From IMG/VR virus record IMGVR_UViG_3300007722_000007, positions 10,451-74,450 of that record: a DNA stretch of 64,000 nt; one strand, written 5' to 3'. A program made the translations under genes and the position numbers. Below the pieces are notes generated by a model. The model was given only the letters and a program-made list of their open reading frames with translations, searched no databases and had not been told where the DNA came from. Below, one piece after another: positions 49,701 to 61,700 of the stretch (its first letter is position 1; every line of letters starts with the position of its first letter). The DNA is from a virus.

Positions 49701-52700
49701 TCCTGGAGCCCTGTGGCCGACAATATTAGGACGGAGATCGCGCGGGGGTATCAATTCCCGAAAAAAAGAAATGGATCCATGCGGATATCCCTGGGCTCGC
49801 GATACCGACAGGCGGAGCTTGTCCGGGAGGCGGCAGAACTACTAGACACGATGTACGAACGGGCGAGAAACGGAACGCTTAGATTGGAAGATTATGCGAC
49901 ATCGTATGATCAAAAAACCGAAAAATTAAAACTGGATGCCTTTAATCCCAAGACGCCAGCGTCCGTACTCAAAGGAGAAATGAGCCTATTCAGGGCCATC
50001 ACCCTGGTGATGACCGCCGCATCAGTTGGTGCCCGCACGCCAAAAGATAGAGATTTAATCGACGGCTTGACGCAGGAAGTTTATCAATGGGCCGACCACT
50101 TCCTCCCGTTCTATTCATCAAAACGGCCCTTTGTTGGGAGTCTTCCACGGAAAATTTCGTCAACGGACCCGACCGGCTCAATGGGCGGCATACGAAGTCC
50201 CAGAGAAAGATTTGCTAAGTTAAAAAATAGCAAATACGCCAGTCTTGAATTGCGCTGGGCCGCATTTGATGCCGCGGCAAGTGATCTAATTTACGAATCC
50301 GCCGCATCGGTACCGATATCCAATAAGCTACTGCAACTTGAAACCCTTCTTGACGACCTAATTAACGAGCAGTGGGCGCAGGCCAGCGGGCTCAAAACCG
50401 CACTTGAAATAATTTCAAGCCATGTCGACGACATGATCCAGGGCGGTCTTCCATTGCGCTTAACTGCGGAACTTACTAGATCATTTGATACCTTCGCCGG
50501 CCGCATGCGAAAAAAATACCAAGACGACCCGCTCCTAGCTTCTGCGTTTTCCAGTGTGAATCTATACTCGGTACGGAGCCGTAGTAAGCGTCGCAGGGGA
50601 CTTAAGCCGATAGAGCTACTTAATGAGCGCCTAACAATGCAGAATAGCCTATTGGATGATGCAATTACAAATAACCAGACCGCACGGGCCGAAAACTTGC
50701 GGGTGGCGATTAGCGTAACCGTCCGTAACATCAACGAAGTAACGCCTCCTCCCCGGGGGGCGCCGAAGAAGTTTGAATGGGAGGGCGACGATGAAACCCC
50801 CGTTTCTGGCTCCATGGCCGGTCGTTATTCACCACATCAGCTAACACTGTCCAATTTGGTCACGGGGTTACATGATTCGCCAGAGTTTGCCAAACATTGG
50901 CAAAGCATGGATGACAATAATGAATTATTTTGGAAGTATCGGTTGGAGTCGCAGCAGGAACCGGCAGGGCTTTCTAGTATTACGTTCAACTGGACCGACG
51001 AAGTGTCCAGAAACGCATATTTACGATTACTCACATCGGGCAAACAGTTTCCGCCGATATATCGCACTCCCGGCGGAAGAGATGGGGCTATTTTCCCGAA
51101 ATCATCGTTACATAAAAATTCAGAGATGGCAAAAAATATAAGTGAGTATATTGCCGATGAACTCGGAGTCGGAATGTACATACGGGGGAGGTATCCATAT
51201 TATGCTGACATGTTTAGCACCCTGGCTACATTTTCGCTTACTCCGTCTAGCGGTGTTGCTGGATCAAAGGCCGTAAGCGATATTCTGTCGTATCACTCCG
51301 AGGAACTGAATCCAACCCAGTTTGCATACAGGTTTGAAACCTGGATTCGGGATCCAGATATGGTTATGGAGAATGCAAAAACCGGCAAGGAAACCGGCGT
51401 GCGGAAATTTTTCAATAACGACCGCATCAAAATGATGATGGAATTCAACAAACGAATTGATGGGCTTTACGACATCATAGAAGAAAAGGCTCCGCAACAA
51501 ACGTTTGATAATTTCAGACCGCGAAGAATCCCCGGGCGGTACGACGGGGATATTTCGTCGTCATTAAAAACAACGGCATTGCAAACAATACTTTCAGCGA
51601 ATTTAGAAACTGACTCCGAAACGGTACATTCATTAACAAAACGAGTGAACGCGCAATTGAACCGATGGAATAATTTTGATTTCGCAACAGCCGAAGATAT
51701 TGTTAATATTTTGGCGGCAACCGAACCGAGCCTCTGGAATAAAATCAAAATCGACCTAGACGCACCGGTTAATCCGCTGAGCGGAATACCCATAGAAGAA
51801 CTCGATGCGAATAAAGATATTTTGTCGATCATTATGGACGACTATAAGAATTTGTCATTTTATGAAATAAAAGAACTATTAGCACAGGGATCCCACGCTG
51901 ATCTCTATGATGATGAAGCCATTCGCGCGTTGCTTTCGGAAATGGGCGTAACGGACCTTCAGGTTAGAGATACCGCAAACCCGTCTGGGTCAATGACACA
52001 GGGTGCGGGAAACGACGAGAGTTCAAATATTGACTGGTGGAAGATCCCCGATCCGGAAAAAATGGCGCTACTACGGCAAGACTTTGATCGGCTACATATT
52101 CTTAGGGCCAATAAGAAGGCACTTGAAATGTCGCCCGATGAAGAGCGCCAATTCAGGGTAACGCAATGGAAAAAATCTCAATTAGAGAAAATAATTGACG
52201 CCGACTGGGTCGCGCTCGGCCCATTCCCGAAAACAAATGCCCTAAGGGATTTACATAACCTTGCGCTGGAGGCCACCGATTCAGATGTAACCTTTTCGGG
52301 TAAAATTTATGGTTTTACCGATAGTCAAATATCCACAATATTTGATGAAATATCGTCTGGGCTCCCAAACTCGACCGATATTAAGCGACGTGGGGAATTT
52401 GTCGACCATATCAATGGTCGGCTATCCGTTCGTGGAGATGACGCACCAGCCATAGTGCCGGACATTTGGGCCCCGGAACCAACGCGGAATGAATTACTTG
52501 AGTTTACAACCCCCAAAGAGGCAGCCGAAATTCTCGGTGAAAATTTTGACTTTGACCGTGCGTTTTTGGCACAACTTTTGAACGGCCCATCATCGGAAAT
52601 GTCGCCCGAAATTAGGACGGAATTACTTCGGATAACCAATGATCGTGCCGACGGCGACGCTGATCCGGCCGCTGTCCAGTACGCTCCAACTCCGCAACAG

Positions 52701-55700
52701 CAAATGCAAAATTTCCTGATTAATAGTATAGACGAATCCGTTAATTCAGCCGAGGATTTTGTCGACAGTTTGTCACGGGAACAATTGTCTGTTATTTCCG
52801 ATCACGTAAGCTCTGGGCAGGGGCAACCTCGGACATTAAGTAGAGAGGATAACGAAGCCGAACGGACAGAGCAATTCAGACAGCAGTCCGCTTTGGGTAT
52901 TTCGCATTATTCCGCTACCCAAACTGGTAGAAACCAATTACGCACGATCGCATCTTTGATGAAGGAAAATACAAAAGTTCAGCTCGCCGATGATGTAATT
53001 GATAAAATCATTTTAAGTGCAAGCCAAGATGAGATCTCCTTTGACGCCGCGCTTCGGGCGTTATTCCCAATTGATAACTATAACGATATGGGTGCAATAT
53101 GGTTCCATGTAGTCAAACCGCTAACGGGTGTAGATAGCGACATCGCACGCGAACTGCAAGATGTTGCAAATGAGTCGACAGCACGAATGCGACGACACGC
53201 GTTCGTTTTGGCAATTCACGGGAATAAAGCCAAAAATGAACTTCGGCACACGCTCTATAATTTTGTCAAGAAGTACCCCGTTGACGGCGTCGGATCGGTT
53301 CGTATTGCTGGGTCAAACGAGACCACCAATGACATTGCCGATCTTTCGGCGGATGACCAAAATATAATTCGCTCGATTCAATTTGACACAATCAGTTCAT
53401 ACGATGGTACGACAGAATCCGCAAATCGGATAATAGGCGCGTTGACGTCTCAACAAATTGAACGACTATTTGAGAAATTCATTCTGCCGGCGCTTCATAA
53501 AAGTAATCCCGGCCTGGCCAATAAAAGGTCCATCAACCAAGCCAGAATAAAAATGCAAAAACAGCTCGCCAGGATCAATGCCGAGTTTTCCAAGTCACCC
53601 CACGGGGTGTCCACGTATACCAATGCCGATGGATATGGACCGGATGACATAACGGATCTAATTACGACTGCCGCCAATAGCGCCTTCGGAGATTTATTGC
53701 CAGATGGGACAAATGCCGACGACTTCGGAAACTATGTATCGCTCGTTGACTATTTTTTCAGTGGCGGTAGGGAAATTCTTCCAATCGGCGAGTATGCGGA
53801 GGCGGCGCGCAAATTGCAATACGCACAAACCCGGCTCGGCAAGAAACAAAGTGCAATCGCTGCTGATCGAGTGGAAATGACACAACTGGCAAACGATGCC
53901 GGGGCACAGCTGGATAGCGATGTCGCCAGCCTGCTAAAACAATTCATTAATCGTGATGACGATGACGCCGTATCACGGGCCTTGGATGAAGAAGAGTTTG
54001 CACGCCTCCAAGAACAAAAGCGCCGCCACAGATCAGAAATAAAAAAATACAATGTCCAACCGGCGGACAGTGAGTGGGAGGAAGCCGATGACGTATTTGA
54101 AATCGATAACGAAAATCCAAGCGGATCTATGTTGTCCGCACTGCCGAATGTTAGTCCGCGGTATATCGCTCTTCTTGATGCAAAGCGGACACCGCGTAAA
54201 AAGCATGACGATGAAGCGCGTTCCCAGTTTAGTATAGCCGAAAAACGCGCAATAGAAATTGTGCGCAATAACGGAATTGATATCCCAAATGACTATACGG
54301 GAATTGACAGCCAGACTTTTGATGGAACTGCAATGAATTTATTTTCAAATGCGGGCGCTGTCACCGCGTCAGATATAGAAAAACGTCTAATTTCTATACA
54401 GAAAGCTATCAATATAGAACTTGAAAAAATAATCGTGTCGGAGTTTCCGCACTCCGAGTTTAGGGCTGACTCAAGAGGATTAATGCTCTATGTCCCGGCG
54501 CGTCTTCTTGCGGACGGCCCCGAGGCGCCTGATGCCATCGCCGAATTTGAACCATACGACGCTAATACCGATGATGATTTATCGCTGCGCCCACAAAATT
54601 TTGATATCCGCACCCACCCAACAGCCGTCGCTCTGCGCGACCGTCACGATAATTTTACTGGGGCGAAGCATTCTTTTGGCTCGGAGTGGCTACACGAAAA
54701 TACCCGATACGGGACAGAAACGAATAAGCTCTTACAGCTACTTGAATCAGACCCGTCATCATTGGATATGGACAAGATCCTGGCGTATGTTGAATCACAG
54801 GGCGACTGGATGGACATAGAAACCCTGCCGTTGTCATCTGGATTAGTAACCGAATCGCCGATAGGACGCACTACCGGTTTCGGGGCGGAACGTAGAAGTC
54901 GTCTTATCGATACGGCCCGCTTAGAAAAAGAGAAGAAAATTGTTCGCTCAAAAGCCCTATCCAGTAAGGCCCTTCGGGATTCCTGGTGGCCTCTGTTCAC
55001 CGGACCAGACACGCTTGATGAAATAGAAATTGCGCAGACCTCTGGCTACCTGGAAGAAGCGGTCATTGCCGGCCTGAAAACCGTCGCTCGTGAAAATGGT
55101 CAAATTGATAATTTTGACAGAATGCTTTCTCGCGCACGCCAAGCCGGCAGGGACAGGGCACAAGAACTCGCTCGCTCATTTGCGCTCGCAAAAATTGTTG
55201 AAATAATAGACTCAAACGAGTCTATAGCGGGTCAGCTTTTTCATATCGACTCGCTTATACAGGATGCCGAATTATCCAAAGACGTCACATCAAAACAGTA
55301 TCAGGCGCGAATACGGGCAGAAATACTAAAACGTGTGAGCTCTCAACGGACGCTACTTAATACACGTAAACAACTTGAGCGCTACGATGCGATCACAACC
55401 ACTCCGCGTGATTATTTGTATAATCTACAAAAGTGGGATGCAAATTACGGCCCGATACTTTTGCAACTTGAAGCCGGGATCCAAGATCTCAGCATCCAGG
55501 CAGAGGCGAGTCTTCGGGCTCTCCGTGGCTATGATGAAACAGTTTCGGAACTTCAGGAACGAGTTAAGGAAATACGGGAATTAGCAGATAACGCAGCCGA
55601 ATTTATTCGGATTAGGGCTCTTCAGAGAGCGACCGATGATGCGCTACAGGCACTAAGCGATGACCCTAACAACATTATGGGCGATGGATCGTCGCCATCT

Positions 55701-58700
55701 GGGTCGATGAAGCGGGTCGGGAGACATCCGACCACTGGAGTCGCAATTTACGCTCAGGGCGTTCAGGCACAAGAAGCCGAGCGACGGGATGCACGCGTGC
55801 TGATGACGCCTGCCGAAAAAGAGTTTTCGCAGCATGTGCTCCGCCAGCTGAATGCATTAAAGGGCCTTGATCTGACGGACATAAATGCCAGCTCCAAGAT
55901 TGCGCGACAGTCGGCGCTTGGCGCTTTGGTATCAGGGAATATACAAGTTTCAAGAATTGCACAATCCGTCCTTGGGCTACAACGGACAGCCCGCTCCATA
56001 AGAAGTAGGTTTTCTAGAAATTTAGTATCTAATCTGCGATCGGGGCCAGATGCAACAATTTCAGACGCTGTAAGAAATTCAATTCTTTTAGAGCGAAGCC
56101 GCCTCCACGCAAATGAATTAACGCCCGACTACGCCGTATTCTCTGAATTGGCGGAATCCATTCTTCCGGCGGTGTCCGCAACAATTCTTTCCGACCTACG
56201 AAATATTGGCCGAGATAAAACAATTTTAAAACATGGGATATTTGATAGAGGCGTATCCCTGATAGAGCACGAGCGATCAGAAATTATGAACTCAATCCGT
56301 GACGAATCAAAAACCTCACCGATGTCCACTATCGCCGAGCGCTTAAACTTGGACCTGAATTTACTACGGCGGGCGCTAGACGCAGATTTGCAGTCACGGA
56401 AACTTGCAATTTTAATTACCGGGGCGCAAGAAATGGCCTACATCCTAAAAGATGGCTATACAAAAAATGCAGCCGCGGGAATAATATCTGAAAAAATACC
56501 AGAGCTTGGGGAACTTGGCATTACGATTGAGGCAATACTGGATACGCCAGAACATATTGCACTAGCATCCCTGGATAATATAGAACTGGCATTAAGACAC
56601 ATCGCAAAATCCAACGCCAATACGCTTTATGTATCCGATCAGATAGAACGGGCTGCCCGTAGTGCCGGCATTCCAACTTCGTCAATAAATTCACTACGTA
56701 AATTTTCTGCCGAAATTGAACAGACGAAGCGGTATGGCGGCCTAAGATTTGATGCACTAACTCCAGATGATTGGAGATTTATGACCTATGGGGAGCAACT
56801 TGATTGGCTCGATTCGGATATGGGCAAAACCGCCATACCGGAAGAAATGCGTCAATTCCAGAAACTCCAATTAAATGAAATGGCAGAGGCTTACGGCTCC
56901 CTTGATGGGCCCTATGGCGCAACGGCTTCGGCTCTCCGTCGCTCAAATATATCCGAAGCTATTTTTGGGATGAATTCGGTTACCCCGACCGGAGAAAGTC
57001 CGATATTCTCATGGGTCGGCTTGAAGGATTCAGACCTCGTACGAAGCGGTAAATTTCCCACAAAATCGATCTTTGAAAAATATGGGTCTTTGGGGATTCT
57101 GAATGATGTTGCGCTCGCGGCATTTTTTAATACACAACCAGGTGTAATCAAGAAACTTCGGTCTGGTAAATTCGGATTATCAACCGCGGCGGCCTCGCGT
57201 GTGGCCAATGCGCTTGGCGTTCAATTAAACGACATCTGGTCCAAAAATAAAAAGATTGACAAGATAAAAGCCCCAAATGGGCATTTTTTGTGGATCGCCG
57301 GTAACTGGTCGGTTATCCAAAAACTTCTTGAAATGAGTGATGCGCACCGAAGCGATGCCGCAATTGAAAAAACACTTGGGAAACGTGCCGTGCTACAGCT
57401 AGCACAACTTAAAAAATTACAAAAAAATAAAACAATGGACGCCTTTGGTAGGGCCGTGGGCAAAACGAATCCATCAGATAGCGAAGTTCGCAAATACTTG
57501 CTGTCCGTAATGCCAACTTCCAAAAAAGATGCCGTGCTGGCCTTGGCCCAATCAGGCTACGGAGAACAGGACATTATCGGCGTAACCGGGTTTAATGCAA
57601 ATACGGTAAGGAACATATTGCACGACCTTAGGCGGGCCGGAATCGCCCCCGACGCCGTAGGAAAGAAAATTTGGATAATGGCCAACGCCGACAAGGTTAT
57701 TGCCGACATGGCCGGCGGTATGTCAAAACGACAGGCGATGAGAAAGTATGGAGTCGGAGCAGAAACAATACGCTCGATATTAACGGAATCCAATGCGCCA
57801 ATAGACTATCAGAATGCCTCAGATTTGATTTCGGGAGATAGTCCGAGTGGTTCAATGGCAAATAGAAGAGTGGGTGAAGATGTTGAACAGGTAGCCGGCC
57901 CGACCCCGGCTTGGGACTCGGACGATCCGAGCGTTCGCGTATTTCTTCCAGAATTTCCCCCGACCGTTGTCGCGGAACCGTATAGCCCAGAAACCGGCCC
58001 GGCATCCGCTCGTCTCCGCGCAAACGGCGCCGCAAAAGACCAGGATGCATTAAATCGCTGGAGGCCGTCTATGGCCAAAATGTTGAATTGGGTCATGAAC
58101 GGTGGGGTTTTAGAAAACCATGATGATGCGCAGAATCTCATCGACGATGACGAGTTTGATCTAGACGCCACCTCCGCGGTGGACGAGCCAAACTTTTCAA
58201 TTACGATGCCGGATGAAGTTGCTATCGGCGAAGCAATTGACGGAATGAAGCTTAGCGTCGACCAAATGGATGAGTATGGCGCTTTCCCCGGCATCGGGCG
58301 TGCCATGAATAATCTTTTTGAACAAGCCATTTTGTCACTATGGCGGTTGGAAAATCAACCTCGGGGCGCATATGACGGAGCCGACATGGATGGCGATTTT
58401 AGGGACATGCTTGAGCCGGACGAAGATATTGATGATACCGATGGGCCGGGGATGTCATTTAGCGACTTTGTAAGTATGGTTGTTAATTCCCTGGATCCGC
58501 GCCCAGTTTTGATAACCGGATCGGACGCAGACTGGTTGAACGAATTCGCGCGATCGTATGCGGCGTCAAGAAACACACTTGATGAATCAACAGCCGAAAA
58601 CGCAGACAGACTATATAACTTATTTATCCGCAAGTTAAACTCATCCAAAGATTCTAAGCAGTGGATGCAAAAAGCGAGATTTATGGTTTCCATTCAGAGC

Positions 58701-61700
58701 ATGGCGAACCATGTAATTGATAAATTCGCCCTGGCGAGTTTCAATGCGTCTATGAATTTTGATAATCCAGGCGTTGTCGACGACCAGGTAGCTGCGCATT
58801 TCTTTGACAGGGTACTCAAGTCCATATACGATTTGCCTGGGGCTGATTTGGACTTCGTTGACAGGGTGATAGGAAAAGCAAACGATGAGAGAAACGCGAC
58901 CATGATAGATAGACCCTGGGCGGACGAAGATGATGATATAGACGATCACGCCCCGATTACGCTGTCCGCGTCAGCCCGCGAACAATTTAATGACGCCGCA
59001 AACGGCATAGCGTCGACGGTTGCACAATTATTTTCAGACCAACTGGCGTATCATATTGGTACTAATTCCAGTTCCGATCCAATGGTTGGAATCTTTCCGC
59101 GAAAAGACTGGACTGGTCAATGGACAATTTATGGACCAGATATTGTGTACGCCGGTTATGGCGCCAAAAAACCTTATAACAGGTCGGTTAGGTGGAGCGC
59201 CGATCCTAGCCTAAATGCCGGAATTGTAAACTTTGACGAAGACTTAAGTGGTTCGCCGGATAAGTATCTGTGGGAGGTGCGTTTTGACGCGGACGGTGAG
59301 TATGGTGTTTCGGCCCTTGAATTGATGCAAATGGACGCATCGGATGAATTCGGTGCATTTATTTCGCATATTGCAAGAAACAGGGATGCCAATGAAATCG
59401 GTTCAATTGCAAAAATCATTAATGACCTGATTCAGCCGACCAAAATGCTCCATATCCCAGAAGGCATGACGGCAGCGCTACGTGACCTTTCGGAAATGAT
59501 GCAATACGAGATTGAAACCCGAGATGACTTCCCCGGAATATCATCCGGGAATACGGCAAACAGAATGTTCCCGTGGATCGACTGGAATAAAACCCACGAT
59601 CTGTATCCGGTACTTAACATGGATGACATTATTACGGGCGAGCAACGAAGTTGGCCATGGGTTGCCAAAAGAGCGGTTATAAATCAGAATTTGCGCCGGG
59701 TGCGCGAATATAACAAAATGCAATACGGCATCGTTATGGAGATGACGCAAGATCTACATCAGGCTGAGGACTTAATTGAAATGTATAGTGGTTTAATTGC
59801 CGCACTGAAATCCAATGCGGAATTTGCCGAAGATGAGGAAATGCTCGGCCGAATTGCGGATGCCGAAAGACAGCTCGCTAGACAGCAGGATTTCAAGGAG
59901 GCACTAGAGCCGGTCATCGGTCCTACGATTGAGCAATTGGTGAAATTTACCGCCGGACGGCTGGAATCGCTTGATTCGGTTATTTCCGTCGGCGAGATGT
60001 TGAGAAAAATTGCGATATTCGACCGCGAGCATGACGCCAGGGTGGAACGTAAAAATTTACTTGGGAAATATAAGCGAACAGTCCTTGATGTCGCCCAACT
60101 CGACCGAGTGACAAACGACGGCGCCACATCAAATAAGGATGACGTTTATATTCCGACATTTAATGAATGGCTCGGAAGCAATGGTTACGAATACCTAACT
60201 TACGAATACAAACATGATGAGATACCGCCAAGCGATGCCGTCAGCGGATCAATGGCCCTCCATAGGTATACAAAGCCGGGCCTATTGGCCATTGTTCATG
60301 GTCACGAAGAGGCGAAGAAATCTGATCACAACGAAGTAAGTGTCCCGCACCTCCTATTGGGCCTCGCACGAGAAAATATCGGCAAGCGGGCGTACAACCA
60401 GACCATAGCTGGGCGCGTTCTAAAGAGGCTGAATGTAGACATTAATAAATTGCGCACCGCAATTAATGAGATCATTGCACCGGGGGCCCCCGACGGTAAC
60501 AAGGAGAACAGAATTGTTCCAATTAGCGCAAACGCTCGGACCGTAATGGTTAGGGCAGTAAAACAGGCGATGAATAAGGGGCAGAATTTTGTTGGTACCG
60601 ATCACTTACTGTTGGCGATAGCAAGTGCCAATGATAAATATGACGACTCATTGTCCGGGGTGTTAAGCGAGTTGGGCATTACAAAAGAGCAGCTTATCGC
60701 TGAAACGATCGCGGCGACTGAGGCATTCAATATGGGTTCCTTCCCTAACGAAGCCGGTCCGTCAGGCTCAATGCAGTTTTACCCCAGGCAGACAGATGAT
60801 CAAAGGGAACGTGCGCGTGCATTTATGATAAAGGCGGCGGGAGATGAGTGGTTTACTGTCGACAGGGTTATTGAAATTGTTCTTAATATAGCGACAGACA
60901 AACAACAGGTTGACGAATTTGAAAGACTGCTTGACGAATACGTAGTTAAGATTTCCAGTAAGCAAATTAGCGCCAACGATTATAGGAATGGGATGTCTCC
61001 TTTCTCGGTAAACGCAATTCTCCAAACGAACTCCGCATTGATATTCGGAGATATTGGGCAAGAACCAACTGACTTAGTCGGCGCAATCGCTTACCGCATG
61101 AATGTTATTGACGTACTCACCGGGATTGATGCGACACAGGCCGCGCGCTATGCCACAATAAGACAACAGGCCAAACTATTTTTTGATACCGATTCCCACG
61201 CCCAAATATTTGATGGCGAAAAGGATGCTCCGAGTGGCTCAATGGACGGCGCCGGCAGTTTTGGCCTAGTCTACGAACCGATTGGTAAAATGTTCGTTTC
61301 TCGGCCGCAGATGCCGCAGGACGAATATTACCAGTCGATTTATGGGCCCGCGCTGGAATCCGAGTCAGAGCTTAGAAAAGCCGCGGCTGCCGTCAACCTA
61401 TCAAGTCCACTTAATCTAGATTTGAACTTAACATATGGCGATGATGACGATGTTACCTGGTCTTCAAACGCCTGGTCAATTGCGAAAACAAGTTTCATAG
61501 AAGGATCAGACGCAGTCATCATGCGTATGCAGGGAAATGACATCACCACCGCCCAATTGCTGATGATTGACAGAAAATCCGGTCCGTTTACAAACGCCAA
61601 GGCATTAGTGGGCGGACTTCGTGACGGGGACGAAGACTACATGACCACGGCAACACGAGAGGGCCTAGAGGAAGTCGGTATCGATCTAAATAACTCGATA

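Noticed and set aside
28180-49785. KEGSM (ORF 27170) and RNGSM (ORF 46719) as extra linkers
   Set aside because: They lack the [PVI][ST] prefix and the linker-like context, so they were not counted.
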